Shown: piece by piece, positions 33,017 through 48,610 of the stretch
How the letters are laid out: each line of letters starts with the position of its first letter
Numbering within the stretch: position 1 is the first letter of the stretch
DNA from: Tubiluchus corallicola
Lineage: Eukaryota > Animalia > Priapulida
Reading direction: 5' to 3'
DNA length: 64,000 nucleotides
NCBI GenBank assembly: GCA_030141605.1
Contig: JAQGDQ010000346.1
Location: 188,157-252,156, forward strand
Position numbers and translations under genes: made by a program
The notes under the pieces: model-generated
Told to the model about the DNA's origin: nothing
The model's database searches: none
The model's input: the letters and a program-made list of their open reading frames with translations, nothing else

Positions 33017-35344
33017 GTGGAGCTGTGGATAGAACATATTCTAAATAACTTTTTGTTTCAATAACTTTTTTTGTCACTTATTGTCCTGTCAACTGGCGCA
33101 TTGATATTGCAGCACTTGAAGACGGGCAAATTTACAAGTATACTCTACTGAAGCGTAATTACAACAGTTTAGTTTGGATGAGCTAAGTGAAGCTAAAACA
33201 CAAAAAACCCTCCACTTACATGAAGATTAAAAAACTCGCATTGAAATCTTATACCGCTTACATGCTGCCGTTTTGCATACAGGGGTTACGTCGGCAGTAA
33301 CACTGATAACACGGAGTAAAGTTTCAAAAAAATAATCAGAACATTCGTAGCGCACACGTCACTAACTAAGTAAAACTTTAAATTACCTTGCCTATACGAT
33401 TAAAAGTACGTTTTTGGTTAGTGAGTAGGGCACCTTGGATGTGTATCAACGACATTTTACCAATTGGTGAAAACATTTTAAATAATTAATAATTTTCTTT
33501 CTTGCTACGTAAGTCTTTCAAGCAGGTAAGCGAAATACTAAGTAACATAACTTTGCATGGAAAGTTTTTGGGACATAGATAGTTTAACAATTTCTTTTTC
33601 CCTGATTTACGTTGTGCACGGTCAGAACAGTATCGTGGGAAATACAAAATGAAAACAAAAACAAACAAAAAATGCACACGTATGATATACGTATAAAACT
33701 GCTATAAAATAATATAATTTTTAAGGCGGTTTTTCTGAAACCTATTCCAGGCATGCCTTTTCCTGTCCTTTATGCAATTCTGATTATTTAACGCCAAAAT
33801 ATAGGCTTTCAGCTGGAGGAGGGGCCTCTGCGGTGCACACATTTTATTTGCTGAGCTCAACAGCAATTTTACCTACGTGTAATTAAAAATTATAATTCTC
33901 TGCAAAAAACAGAAATTTGAAGTACATACATACGAGAAAATTCATAATTGCAACACAGGCAGATAATTATCATGAAAACTAATAGTGATGCAACAAAACA
34001 CGTATTTAACAAAGCTAATTGCTGGGCCCATAATAAAAACTAATAATCTCAGATTTTCCTATTTAAGGTTGGCTGCCTAGTGGAATAGGATCCATTCCCC
34101 ATGGAAAATTCCCCATAGGAGTGAAATGGGAAACATGTAGTACCCATAACAAAAAGCACAAGTTTTATCACAAAAAAACGAAACGATACCCAGGGTTAGT
34201 ATTTGAAACTTTTTTCAAATGCGAAAAACTTTTTGGGCTCACTATTATCTCAATAAACACAAAATATAATTAAATAAACTATTACTGAACTGAATAAATA
34301 TAAAAGACGTATCTCTAAAGGTCTATTAAGAAAAATATGTATTAAATTTTGTATGCATTACGTACTACTATGTATTAAAGTTAATATTCATTTTCGGCGC
34401 GGAAGTTTGCAATGACTGCAGGGCTAAATGCCCATTTTTTGCACAATGGAAATAAAAAATGCCCACTAGATATTTTCGTTGCAATAAAAGACATTAGTTC
34501 TTTTACAGCATATACCATGTGCAATTAAAATAAAAATTAAAATTACAAAAGTTCACAAACGTATATACAAAAATAAAATAAATGCGCCTCAAAAATAGGA
34601 TAATGAATGTACCACAGAAAGTACATGTAATAAACCCTGTAAAGGATATAAGGCAAACGCAAGAAATTAAGTGACTCAGATAAGTTTCTGGACAATTTTT
34701 ATGATTTGTTATAATGCATAATTGCAGCTACGTGAAGGACTTTTGGTTTCAACTGATTTCAGAAGTTCGTAATTTTGAATTTTCAATAACATATTCCAAT
34801 AATAGGTTACGTGTACTGTCTTCCCGTGGCAGCTCCTGATGAAAACTCACAACCAAAAGAATAAGGCAGCCCAAAGGTTCGCAATAGAAGTTTTGGACGC
34901 CACAAAGCCACATTCGCTGATTGCTAAAAAGGAGCAAAACAAGAATCAAAGTATCTTATCCTACCCAAATCCAGTCCAGCCTAACTTACAATATTTAAAG
35001 CTTAAATCAAAATCGGGTAGTATATGAAAAATCATCCTGTCTTCCTTTAAGCACGGTCAAAGTCAACTGTCTAAGCAAAATACAGCAAACGATTGAGTTG
35101 TGCATAAAACAGACCTAACAAGCCGTACCTGGTGAAATCACGCAGCGCTAATTATTAAACAGTTAACAAGCCCCGAGTGATGCAAGCTGTTGTAAAGCGG
35201 CGATTAACAGCCATGTAACAAGCATGCATCACTGCTACTGAACACTTGTAGTAACATTAATGATTCATGTCCAAGCGTAGACGATGATAATTATGCAGCC
35301 GCAAGCTTTGGAGAGACGTCTGTTAAACATTATCAAGAAATCGC

Positions 35345-35346
<2 letters not shown>

Positions 35347-35387
<41 letters not shown>

Positions 35388-35441
35388 GCTCTCTCTCTCT
35401 TTCCCTCTTTCTCTCCCTCTCTCTCTCTCTGTCTGTCTGCC

Positions 35442-35519
<78 letters not shown>

Positions 35520-35642
35520 CCTCCCTCCCTCCATCCATCCATCCATCCATCCATCCATCCATCCATCTATCTATCTATCTCTTTCTCTCTCTCGCTGTCT
35601 CTTCTCTCCCGTTTTCTCTCCCTCTCGCTCTCCTTTCTCTTG
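35347..35642. repeat. Compound microsatellite (CT)n/(CTGT)n/(CCAT)n
   Basis: Directly visible. Confidence 0.95.
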
Positions 35643-36969
35643 CTCGTTATAGTAATACTAACTTGCAGTTAACGAAGCAGCTCTCCAGTAAAACAACTAC
35701 ACCTGTGACCTAATCATACTGAGCAGGATGATATCAGAGTCGAGTAATAGTAGTGCAAAGCTGGGTATTTTATATTGCTGAGATTAATGGTGAGCTACAG
35801 CCTCCTTGACATTTCCCAAATAAACACGCTACTCAAGACTACTCAAAAACAGACGGGGTGGCTCATTGGGCATTTTTATTGGAGTAAAAATGAACTACAG
35901 CCTGACGGTCTATGTAACTGTGGAAAGCTCCAGCAACACCAGTTTACACAGTTATAAAAGACTTCATAGCAATTAATATGCACATGCAAGCTTCATACAT
36001 GAAAGTACAAGACTGACAGGGAACTGGGGCGATTTATGGTGGAATGTCGTCGGCCCTGCACTAAATATTAAATTATTTAACAGTCGCTTAAATAAATTTA
36101 ACATACATTTTTTGTACATAATAGACGCAAGTAAGTAATCAATCTCTTTGTATCCTTACTACACTCTTGCAAATATTGCACTTATAAACGTTTTGCCAAC
36201 ATGTTTTGTTATATTGTTTCTGTTATGTTTTACCATTGGATGTGAATAAAATAAATAAATAAAGACTTCTTGCGCTTTTCCCGGTTCTTGGAAAAAATCT
36301 GATTATTCACTTTTATCCGCGAGTGCTAGCGTCACGAATCTAGAAGAAGGAGACTCGACTAGAATCGCTACTTTTCTGGATGTTGTTGTTCTTGTTTGAG
36401 ATGACATTTTGAAAAAATCTAAGGCCCAGCCAGTTTGCAACTGATCGCCACAAAGCGATGATTAGCTAGGATGCCTTTGGTTCAAAACAAAAAATTGTAG
36501 CAATTCGTTATCTAGTTAATTAATTAAAGTTGTTTAATTAATTAATAATATTTTTTTAATCGACTAAATAAAAAACACAGATAATATAAGTGTTCGAACT
36601 GTTGCCTAGCCACGTCCACCCAAATTAAATTTTGACGTCACAGTTACGTAATCGCTACTAATAATACGTGAATACGCATTAACTGTGCTATGCTTTTGGT
36701 AAAACTATCTACTGACTAGCATCATTATCACAAAAATTAGACATGTGCAGTCATGCCTGTCATAAGCCTAAGAGGCGATGGAAATGTTTAAACTGATAAT
36801 GGCCAATTTTTCGTATATCATAATGATTGCTAATTGTCTTTTTAATACCCATTAATGGCTTTGATGCACGGCAACTTTTCTTAATCAAAGCTGGTAAATT
36901 TCTATCATGCACCATGCTGACACAAAATATGGCTGTTCTATGATCTGGTTGATGAGAACAGGTCGCAAA

Positions 36970-37200
36970 CTAAGCAGCCAGTCAGCTATTCAGCCACTCG
37001 GTCACTCATACAATCAGTCAGCCAATCGGTCAGCCAGCCAGCCAGCTGGTAAGTCAGTCAATCTGTATCAGTCAGTCGGTCAGTCAGTCTGTTCACGCCG
37101 AGGCAGTGAGCCAGCAAGCCAATTCGTAAAACTATTTTAATCAGCTGTAAAATAGTTAGCCAGTCGCTCAGTTAGCTGAACCACGAAAGACAGCCAGCTA
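36970..37200. repeat. Degenerate (CAGT/CAGC)n tract
   Basis: Directly visible. Confidence 0.7.
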
Positions 37201-37970
37201 CTAATTTTACAGCGCTGTAAAACCACAAATTTTAACCGTGTGCTCCATTACGGTACAAACGGGTTAAAAGAAAGTAGTTTGTATGCAAATAATGTTGTGC
37301 TTAGGTTTTCTAGACGTAATCATTGCAGTCAAACCTATGAGGTTTCGCTCATAATTAAACGCCAGTCTAGTGTGTCTGCTGCTTAGCTAGGTGAGTTAAT
37401 TTTGCTTTTAATTTTTGTCCAGCAAAACAAACATGGGGAAAAGATAGTGCAAAATAATGATGATAAGGCGCTTTTAGAGTTTATAAAAAACTTGATTAGC
37501 TCTGTATATTTTGAAGCTGAACATCTTCTGCGTTTGTTTATTAACAACTTAATGTATCACAGTTATGCAGAAGCAAAAAGGAAATAACATATCAAACTTA
37601 GAAGACCTGCACTTTTTAGTTTACTGAAAGACAAAGAAGCAGGATGGATGGTACAGAATAAAAGATGGCGCAGGTAATAATAACAAAGAAAAAAGAGCTC
37701 ACTTGGGGAAATAGAAAAAAATGGCACACCTAATAAAACATGAGTGAATTTAGAGCTTCTTCTTTTGAAGAGTTCTAGTCGTCTTCCACATAGAGGGGTG
37801 TCTGCTAGGGTTAGGTTTAGTCTTGGAATGAGGCGCTATTTTTTCTCATTTTTTAGTTCTTCCTGTACCAGCTTTACCGTGCATCGTTACCTGTGCCATT
37901 ATTACATGTGGCACTTTTATGTACATTCCGCGGAATGTAATATTAATGTTAAATAGGCCAGAATGCACCG

Positions 37971-37977
<7 letters not shown>

Positions 37978-38041
<64 letters not shown>

Positions 38042-38071
38042 CTCTGCCTCTCTTCTTTCTCTCTCTCTCTC
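37978..38071. repeat. (CT)n microsatellite
   Basis: Directly visible. Confidence 0.95.
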
Positions 38072-40320
38072 CACACCTCGCTTACTTTTACTACATATTA
38101 GTTCGTCTAGTTATTATAAGATGGAACAAAGATTTACCGTCACATTCTATACAAAATGAAATTACTGACCACCATTGCCATAATACCTGCATCAGCCCTG
38201 TTTAATTCCATTCACTTGAATCAATTTCGTGTGCACGTGTCACGATCGTTTAGCCTTGGACCCTAAAGCAAAACTAGCGCGCAGTAGAAGGTATTCACGC
38301 GTCTAAATCCCCAAGGAAATGAGGCAAAATGCATGAAGATTTCCTCAGTGTTTTCATCGGATCTGAATAGCTAGAGCAAGACTGTAGGTGTCGCTGTAAA
38401 TACGTTACCGGACGTCACACTTTTTGGGAGAAGCCATACTGCTTCCCTCCCATGTGGCACGGTAAAGTTGACTCTTTTTATTGCTGTATTACTTTATAAC
38501 CTGTTTATTACTTGTTAAGGACTTCCCAGTACAAGTATCTTTCTAGGAGGAATCTGTCGTATCAAGAAAGGCGTATTTGAGGTACCTCGGAGAAGCCAGT
38601 TGAGGGTTGACCAACCTGTCCCGCAATGCCTAGTGTTCATAAATCTCGCCTGCGTGTGACAACTTGTTTCGTAATGGATTGTACAGCAAGAGCACGTGTC
38701 TGACTCAGTCACACGAATGTCTCCCGGCCGTCTAGCATTCCACTATCGACATTCTAGTAAGAGAATGAAAAAACGTCTCACCTCCTCGAGTCTCTCTCTC
38801 TCCCTCTCTCTCTCTCTCGTGTGGCATGCCAAAATAATCACAAAAACGTAATGTAGAACAAGAAATATTTTGTCCTTCTACCTTTGGCGTTGAAAATTCT
38901 TAAATTTCGACTTTTTCATTTGCACAGCTAGAATGTAATCTTAGCTCCTAAGAAAAGACAAACAGCTCACTTGTCTACCTACACTTCTGCGCCCTATAAA
39001 CAAATCCGCCTCGTATGTACGAAACGTGAATCCGTGGTGGATCAATGCTGAAGACAAAGGCGCGATGGTGTTAGAAGTAGCCTCAGGTAGCACCTACCGA
39101 GTGCACGTATGATAGGAATCCGTATTACATTTAGGTATGCCTAGATTTCATCAATACTAAACGATATGCGACGAAATGGAAGCAGTCAGGTATTTGCCCT
39201 TTATCTTTACGGCACATTCGACATCACTGAATTTAGTATTTTGCAACCTTGATCATTGTTAAGGAAGCTGTTGGTTTATTTATAAATAATAAAAACTAAA
39301 GTACGTTCATAAGTAAAATGCTTAATCTAATTTTTTGAATTTTGTATGTCATTCTTACTCAAAGGGTCAAAATCAGTCGGAATATGTAATAACCCATACA
39401 AAGACACCAGATATTTAGCGAAGTTGTTGTGAGTATAATAAAAATATTAAAGACAGTACCTGAATTTTTCGATGAGAACTACTGTTTTTTTCTTACCAAA
39501 GTCTTTTTCTACCTTGCACAAATTTACAAGGTACAAAAGTAGTATTAAATTACTATATTATGAGATTTATCACAAACTGTACACTGTTCTAGTGATACTA
39601 ATATATCGTAAAATTAACAGACAATTCGCGTAAAGAATTACTCAAACTTGGAACCATTTTGGAAAACATTTCATTACAAACTGTCAAAGTTGCAATATAA
39701 AGAAAATTTTGTAATTCCGAACTCACGTACAAGTTCAAACATACACGTAATTTTGAGACTGATCAATTTTTACTCTAAAATAACATTTTAATGTCCGTAT
39801 GTCTATAATTCCGTTCGCCGTATACAGGCCCGGGGGAGGGGGCGAAAATATAATGGTAACGCTATATAGGTAACCATCGTAATCGACAAAATATTGGAGA
39901 AAACTTTTCAGTATAGTATGAAATACTATACAAACCAAAAAACGTCTTTTTAATAAAACCAGGAAGCAGCGCTGCATTAACATGGCTTCTGCGAAAATGA
40001 GCTTACCGAATGTTGAAGGATGCAGAAAATGTGTTTTCAAGGCTCTCGCGATGCTAAAGCAGGGATTGATGCGCCATTGCAGCGAGGGGATGCCCAACAC
40101 AAATGCATTAAGATTATGCAGGTGCACGTAAACTATCGGATTAAATAAATCGGGGGTTGGCTCATGTAAATACGACAATAGCTCATCGAGAATATAATCA
40201 TGATACCAACAGAATTAAGCAAGGTAAACTAAGCGCAAGCTGACTACAATTTCTTTCAGAGAATTAGGATTACCTACAGCCTGTTAATATTGACCATAAT
40301 AATTATTCTATATTTAAATA

Positions 40321-40474
40321 CATGGTGTTCCAAACAATTTGCAGTAAATTATGCTGATATGGTTATACTAGTATGTTCACAAACGAAGTGAAATTATGCA
40401 AACGTAATTTCATTTTACGTCCATTTCTTAGAGACTTGTTAGCATATTTCTATTATTTCTTCTGGAACGCCCTG
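40321..40474. mobile_element. Small Tc1/mariner-type MITE
   Basis: TA|catggtgttcca ... tggaacgccctg|TA, imperfect 12-bp TIR. Confidence 0.5.
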
Positions 40475-41429
40475 TAGAATAAATCCTCGTCGTTGCTGAA
40501 CCCATCACTATCATTGTCAATGTCACCACCATTGTTGAATATATGCTTATTATTTGCAGACATTACTTGACAATTATTTTACTATTGCAAAATTTAAATT
40601 TTTGTATAATAGACTACCCGAATTTTCAGATAAGTGGAACCCTAAAGACGTTTTTTCATTAAAGTTGGCAACACGGTCAATCTTGCTAGCAGAAATGAAC
40701 AATTTTTCACCATTCTGCTACACTATATGTCGGGGACCAAGCGGCCATTTTGTTTTTTGCTTGTTGGACTATTTTGAATTTTTAAATCTTTTTTGTGGTC
40801 TAGCAGTTTTTATATTCAATAATGTCAAACTGATAGAAATAATTTATTTTTTGTTTTTATAGTAAATCTTTAGATGAAACTGCTGATATAACTGCGTGAT
40901 CGACACAATTTCGTTTTGTGTAGCGGCGATTTTGAAAACGCATTTTTTAAAATGAACGTAACAGAAATAAGTCCATTTGCTTAAGTCCAACTACCCTGGA
41001 TTAGATGTCATAATCGCTTCTTAATATAAATTTACTAGGAATTTTTTTTATATAATTTATGCAAAAACTCTGACAGTCGTTTTGTTTTTTGCGTTTTTGA
41101 CTCTTTCCGATAATTTTTCAAGCTGACAACAGACTTTTGAATTCAGCACGGTCAAAATGATAAGTTGCGCCTTTTACAGAAGCACTCTTCAGGATTTTCT
41201 TCCAGACAGGGTCATTAATTCTATTGTTTATTCAGTTCGCCTCACTCCAAGGAGAAATTCAGTATTCACTAGCACAGCATAATATATTTTTGACCACTGT
41301 GGCGGGACCGACAGATATCTCTTTTTATCGAGAATTTTAAATAGCTGCAAAATTTTGGCTCACAATAATCATATCAGAAAAGATGATGTTTAGCATTGGA
41401 AATCTTGAATCCCTGGTGTCTTATCTTAA

Positions 41430-42166
41430 AGGAAGAACCAACCCTCAAACAACATTTATTGCATTTTAATATGCAATTTAAAATATTGAAATCACCACAC
41501 AACATACGCGCATAGAATGCTTTGCTTAAAAATGCAAGCGAAATTTAAATATTTTTTTCTCCCGCCAAACGAACGTCTCTCCGGCATATTTGAAAAAATG
41601 ACGTAAGCTGGTGTCTGCTGGGCAGCGTGAATGCTGTGAAGGCAAGCTGTGATAAAGGTACGCGTTGCAAAATTTCAACAATTCACTCAGAAGTTCCGTT
41701 ATTCCAGCGTTGTGTTTAACTGTGTTTAGGTAAAAATTAGTCATTGGATCAACTATGACCAAGTTTAAAGTGGTTACATAGTTTTAATCCACAGGATTAC
41801 CTAAAAATGTGTAAGTATAGTGTACATTAATTGTGCAAATGTGATTAATTTACGGACGTTTGTTGACTTTCAGATACGCATGTAAACTTGCGAGCATATA
41901 GTAGGTACGGGGTAGAGTAACTCGCTCTATAGGCCAAAAAAGATTGCTGAAAGACCTGGCGGGATAAGTGTTTATTTTACATGGAAACCGGATGATGCCA
42001 TTTTTCGTCTAAAATGAGCGCGTCCAAGCGTTAAGCGTCCACTGCGACTTTAAATTGATTTTAATAATTACATAAGACGCTTATCACAATTTTATTGCTG
42101 AAACGTTCTAACATTTTTCTCAAATATTAGAATAAGCTTAGCTTCCCGATAAACTTGGTTTTTGCT
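41430..42166. mobile_element. Kolobok-type MITE, family copy 1
   Basis: TTAA|aggaagaaccaa ... ttggtttttgct|TTAA; colinear over its full length with 61735-62495. Confidence 0.88.
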
Positions 42167-45100
42167 TTAAGCTGAACGTAGCAGCTCACCATATTTGACA
42201 TTAGAGGAGACAAAGTAACAGTCTAAATCAAATTGCTGGAACCCTCACTGCAATGTATAGGTGTTTCACTTGTTATTCGCAAAACTTTTACTAGTATTTA
42301 TTACATCAGTAACAATATTAATAAATAAAAACAACAACACTTTATCACACATAAGATGGGATGTCAACTATTAAGACAGATGAAACATTATAAACTCTTC
42401 CATAAACTAAACTGGTGCTCTTTAACAGACTAAGCGGAAGAATACAAAAATGAGAAACAGAAAGCAAATTAAAGTGGCACAATGAGCAAAAAACTTCCAT
42501 CAATTTAATGGCTATTCAAGGTTACTATAGCCAACAGTGGCCAAAGAGTTAAACACATTCGTAATGGGCATTCGTGAATCATCGGAAAAACTATAGAATT
42601 ACAGAGTACCCCAGGGAGAAACCCTGCATGCCTCTCTCTCCTCTCCATTCTCTCTCTGTCTCAGCCGAAGATATGAGCGGTGCACACCAAGCTAATTAAA
42701 AGTAGAATTTCCATTAGAGGCTTCAAATATACAGCAAGAATATGTGCAGATGTTATTCCACTAAGAAGTTTAAGTGCAACGCGCAGGAGGATTCATAATC
42801 GAAGAAGAAGAATACGAAGGTAATTCTCTTGCCTCCTCTGGTGTAGAGACAGCGGTAACGCATCGGACGAAATGTGGTTAGAAGATTGATGTAATCATTA
42901 CAACAACATCTTCGTGCTTATTTAATGGATGGGATTAAGTCTTGTAATTAGGAATGCATCTTAGAAATGTAAAATGTTAAAGAAAATTATGCCTGGTTTG
43001 ACATTCACAAAGTAAAAGTAAACCAGCAGGTTAAAAAATAACAAACTTTAAAAACAATAAAGCATTAAAAACAAAACGCAAAAAATAACAAAGAATGTTA
43101 CGTGTTGAGTTTCAGCAAAACAGGAAGGTGCGTAACTGATCGGCCTTACTTCCACAAAACTGTTTTGGCACCATGAGGGGGATGAAGGGCGCCCGTGACG
43201 GCTAGTGCAAAGAAACTCTCGGCGTGTTAACCTTTGAGAGCTTATAAAGAAGCCTGCGTAACCTTTCAGAAGGATAATAACATGTAAGATGCAAAGTCGT
43301 GCAAACATGTACACAGAGAGCAGGACTGTAAAATGAATCTCTGTGTTTTTTGTCTGGCAGCTGACACTCAACAAACTGGTACCGTGAACAGAAGTCACAA
43401 AAGTCATTAGCCACTCCTGGAAAATGGCTGCTAGATGTGTTTTTCTTTGCTTTGCTGAAACTTGGTTTCCTAATCTAAACAATAAGCTAGTATTGCCTTT
43501 TCAAACCTCTTGACATGCTTGGCTTCGCAATTTCTAGGTCAGTGATTTCTTTGCGGTAAAATCCCGCTCACAAAACTTCGCAAGCCAATGAAAAAATGCC
43601 AAAAATTTCCCAGTGAAAATCTTCGAATACACTAATTAATTAATCCTAGGTAAGGTGTGTTACTGTGCAGCAATGCACACCTGAAACGCTATAAGCCCAT
43701 TGCTTTAGCATGTATGAGGTTTAAGACAAAGAGGTCCTCAACTGGGTTAGGAGCTTGTTTGGTTAAAACGTAACATCGGTACAAAACACCCTACTCCTTT
43801 GCTCTGAGTGGAGTTTTGCGCAAAAGGTACAAAGTTGCCATCCAAATGGCGCAAACCAAACCTTCATAATCAGGTCAGTACGCAACACGATTAACCATTT
43901 TTTCCTGTAATTTCAGAAATAAACATTCTTTTGCTCTCTATCCACCCATCCATCCGTTTGATGCCTTATCCTTTTATATCAGGACATGCAGCAATATGTT
44001 TTTATACTGCTAGGCTCAAACTATGCATGAGGCATTGCATTAATATAATTCTAATTTGAAGATTAAAATAGTTATTAACACGTAATAAGAAACTTCACTC
44101 TTCTTACTTACTTGCTTAATTGCTAGTGGGACTGCATGTATATGGCGCTACTTATGTCGCAACATTGATGTGAAAATTTTCGTAAATGGATAAGTTTTTA
44201 CGTACAGGCAACATTAAAAGCGACAATTTTATTATTATACGTAAAGCTCGCTGCTTAAATTCTCTCACACTAAAATGACTGCCGTATGTTGCAATCAAAA
44301 CGTCTGAATATGATGCTTTTAAGTATTTACATTTTTAATAACAAACTTCTTTAATAACAAAATAACCAAAGCGAGTTCATAAATTGAATTGGTTTATAAG
44401 TAACTTCATGAATGAAACTGTATGCCGAGGTATATAACTTTGCTCATTGTGCTCATCTTAAGCTCTCGACAACTAATAAAAAAACTTTTATGATCACAAA
44501 CTTTAACATCTACTACTAACCACTTAGATGAATCAAGCATGTGGCAAGAGAAGGATAATTTGGGCTGAAAGAACTAGAGCCCACATGTGCAATGCAGTAA
44601 CAACAGTCAGTCCGCTTTACTTCACCTTCTTTGGCGTGGGTTCTTAAATCTTAGTAACAGTGAAGATATCAAATCCAATTCATGGCGATATAGGTGTAAA
44701 GCTAATCCAGGTTTAATATAACTAAACACGAAATACTTCATTCTAGCAAAATTATCAAAATAGAAAAGCCAAAATTGGTTTACGAAGAGCAAATGAAGCC
44801 GTTTAACTAGGCTGCACAGGTAGCACATGCGTTAGTAAAAATGTAATGAACCAAACTATGATTCTTTGTGAAAAAAACTTGTCGGTTTATGTAGAATTTC
44901 CATCACGCAAAAAAGAAACAAAAGACTGCTATCTGCATAAAGAAATTCGTGAAAAAAGCAATAAATTTTACTAGATTGTGGTTATAAAATGCTTGCACAG
45001 TGCTATATTCAACAAGAAACAAGCTAGCAGCATTATTCCAAAAACAACGGTTCTACGAAAGACGCCATCTCTAGCTAGCAAAAGAGAAAACCCTTTACCG

Positions 45101-46719
45101 CTGAAAGGTTACACAAGAAAACAAGCAAGAACTCTGTTCAAATGATTGTAAGAAAGCTCAGATGAATAGGGGAGACATTTATAGAACCCTCATCCGCAAA
45201 AACTAACAGCGGATTTTGTGTGCAAAGCAAAACAACAACAGAAGAATTTACAAGTAACTTAACTACCTGCAGGTCCGTCAGTCACCCTAGGAACCACAAA
45301 GACTAAAACGAAATTAAAGATTATTCGCTTAAGTACCTATAGTTTCTACTGTCACTATTCGAGATCATCAAGTGCAGAACTACAAGAACGTTACGTACAA
45401 TTATTTACATCAACTTGCACAGTATAATATGCCCTTCGAAAAAGTGTAATGATTACTATTTAACGTGCCGATTATAGAGTTTTCATTAGGCCTCACGCAG
45501 ACATGCAATTTTTTATTGCGCAACAGATATATCTGATATCTGGTTGAAACAATAACAATAATTTTAGTAAAGACATTCAAAAAATTGAACATCTGTTTTT
45601 TTTTCTGTTCTATTTCAGTAAGTTGGAAGAAGCACATTATATAGTCAGAAATAAAACTCCTAAAGCGTCTTCAGTATTGAGCTAATCCAATAACTGACCA
45701 GCGACTGATGAAAGGACAATTTGTAACATTTTTTGGGTTTACACTATCTTTCTTGTCATTGAAAAGAGAAAAACGAAACAGAAATGACTCTGGTTGTTTT
45801 ACAACAAAATCGCGCAAAATCTAAGGCCACAATAGTTGTAATAAGCATACCACTACACATGAAAGGGTTAAATTATTTAGTTTTACCAGTTCATATGAAC
45901 GTGTTAGATTATTTAGCTGTAAGTTATTTAGTAGGAATTTTATACAATTTATAGTCGTGTGTTTAATTTATCGGAGCGTGAACCTTTTTTTCTGAGGCAA
46001 GTATGGTTAACACACTGGGCAGTGGAGTATGGGAGCTTGTGAGCGGTACCTTGCATTGTGAAAGCCCCCACAGTTGTGAGGAAAAAATAGCAGTAAGCAG
46101 TAAAAAAAAAACTGTTAATTGTACTGTGACGTGTTTGTAATGAGCTGTCCACTTTCAAAACTTCACGAATTTTTATCTCAAATTTCTAGGTGTCGCTGAA
46201 TATCTTGAAAGATTGTAGCAAAGATAACAAGAATGATTTATCTAAATTAATGTGTAGTTTTATCTCTCTTATGTGTTTAATAGCACCTTTTCATAAGTTA
46301 CTGTCTACTTTTTACATTAACATACGTGTTTTGAAAGCTGCGCAATTAAAAGTTGCATGTCTGTCCTTAAAAACAGCTGAGCAACCAAAAGTTTGAGCCC
46401 GAATTGCAACTTTTTGTTGCTCAGCTTTTAATTGCATATATCTGCGCACTCTCATATTTATTCACTTTTTTAATTGTTTATTTATTAGTGCTAAAGACAT
46501 ACACAAAAAAAGAAACAAGACATAAAACAATTTCAATTATGAAATACGTCGACATTGCAAACTAACAATTATTGATAAAACAACTAATAATCGTTCCTGT
46601 GAGTTGTGTTTTCAGTGAGTTTATTTAAATGAAAAGTTTAGTAATTAATGTTTATAAAAGACGGCCACTCAACTTGCTTCATTTTCAATTACATGATCAT
46701 TACACTGTATTCGTCATGT

Positions 46720-48610
46720 CTCAAAACGCTTTTTCAACATACTCAATAAACGCCTTAATTAATTCAAAATCACTGCTTCCCATCAAGAAAAAAATATTAG
46801 CATCGCTTTGCCTCATAAGGAAAAATTCTGGTATTACTGCGTTGATGTGATTACATAATTTTCTTTTAAGATCATTGTAATATGGACATTTTATAACAAA
46901 GTGTAATTCGTTTTCGATTTCATTTCTTAAACAATACGTGCATAACGATTCTCAGCCAGGATTTTTCTAGGTTTAATGTACCTCCCGCTTTCAATACACA
47001 AAGTATGTGAGCTGATTCTTAATTTTGTAAATTTTGCTATAGCGTATTTGAAATAACCAGAAAGTGAATAGTTTTCTAGTTGATATCGTCTTTTGAAGTA
47101 TGTTCTCAGTTTGTTTTGTCTATTAGGTTTATTATCTCCATTGATTTCTTCTTTCCAAAATAGGATATACTATCAGCTTTTAATTTTCTTCCCATTTATC
47201 AAATAGTCAAAAAAGAAAAAATATTTTCAAACCGTATACACATAACACATACTTAAAGAAAGTAGTCCAAAAAAGCCTCGGTTTTCATCACACGTCTTGT
47301 ACACATTACACAATTATCATAAGGTTGGCTAGTAACATGTATCCAATAGCAAATTGAATTCTTAATTATTTTAGTAAAAATTGAAAAATAGCCTAATCCC
47401 CTCTGCGTTAAACAGACTGCCATATTTAGTTTGAATATGCAGAAAATTTCTTTTCATTTCAATAAGGTTGGGTCCCCATACTTCAGAGCCATATAACATG
47501 ATAGGTTTCACAGTATGTTCGAATAATTTAATAATAGTAACTGGGTTTGCGTAGTTTGAGAGGTGTTTTTTCACAGAGTAAACAGTTTTTAATTCCTTGT
47601 CTTTTAGCTTGATGGAATCCTGAAAGCGCCAGATGCAAAAAGTGGACTCCCAAATATTCATAAGATTGGACTTCTTTCAGCTTGTTGGAATCCTGAATCA
47701 ATAGGTAATTTTTATGTCTTTTAGGATTCTGCCTGCTTTGTTAAATACAATAATTTCTGTCTTTTTGTTATTAACTTCCAGAGCCAGTTAGCTACAGTAA
47801 TTATTCGGCTTAATAAAGCATTGCTGCAATCCCGACTGGGAACAAGAAAGTAAGACCATAACGTCGGTATGAAGAAGACAGTTGGTTTCAAAATTACCTA
47901 GACTAACGAGATCACGTTTATCAAGTGTGAAACCTGATGGCAGGTCACTGATATGAAAGGAGAAGAGAGCCTTAACGTACAACCTAGCTTAACGGAGGAC
48001 GGTGTATCTTCTGTTAATTAACCAGCAAGTTTAATGGAGTAATTAGTTTTAAAGTATTTACATATTTTGCAAAACCTTAACAAAGTAACCACCTATATTA
48101 TTTTTCAATTACTTGTAGTATAAGCCAGTTCGCCAGACGGAATCAAAGGCTTTGTGTAAGTCAACGAAACAACAATAAAGTTTATAATTTTTTCTAAAGA
48201 TTAATTATCAATAAGTGTTTTTAATGTAAACATGTGGTCGTTGGTACGACAGCCTTTCTGAAATCCTATTTGACTTTCCTGAAATATTGCTCTTAGTCAG
48301 AATTTTTCCTAACCTATTATTTAGAATTTCACAAATAATTTGCTTAAACTGCTCGAGATGGCAACTCCTCTGTAATTATTTGGGTCTGTTGCATTTTCGC
48401 TTTGGAATGTCTGGTTAATGTGGCTTTCCTTCCACTGGCTAGGATAGCAAGAACCAGAAGATATCAAATTGAGTCATTTATGAAGTCCATAACTTGGCTT
48501 GATGTTTGAGCATTTCGTTTATTAAGCCGTCTGTACCTGTAGCATTGTTACTTTTTAACTGTTTAATGGCTAACAGGATTTCCGTTTCAGTTATTCTATA
48601 ATCTCATAAA
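46720..48610 (-). mobile_element. Degenerate non-LTR retrotransposon (RTE-X-like) reverse transcriptase and C-terminal region
   Basis: Frameshifted motifs in order: ITETEILLAIKQLK..ATGTDGLINEMLK, DPNNYRGVAI, QIGFQKGCRTNDHMFTL, CFVDLHKAFDSV, CLLHTDVMVLLS (decayed YADD), VKPIMLYGSEVWG, LRISSHTLCIESGRY, IENELHFVIKCPYY. Confidence 0.92.

Noticed and set aside
47371-47982. ORFs 47371-47661 and 47788-47982 as host genes or an active reverse transcriptase
   Set aside because: Fragments of a LINE with many frameshifts and a destroyed YADD motif.
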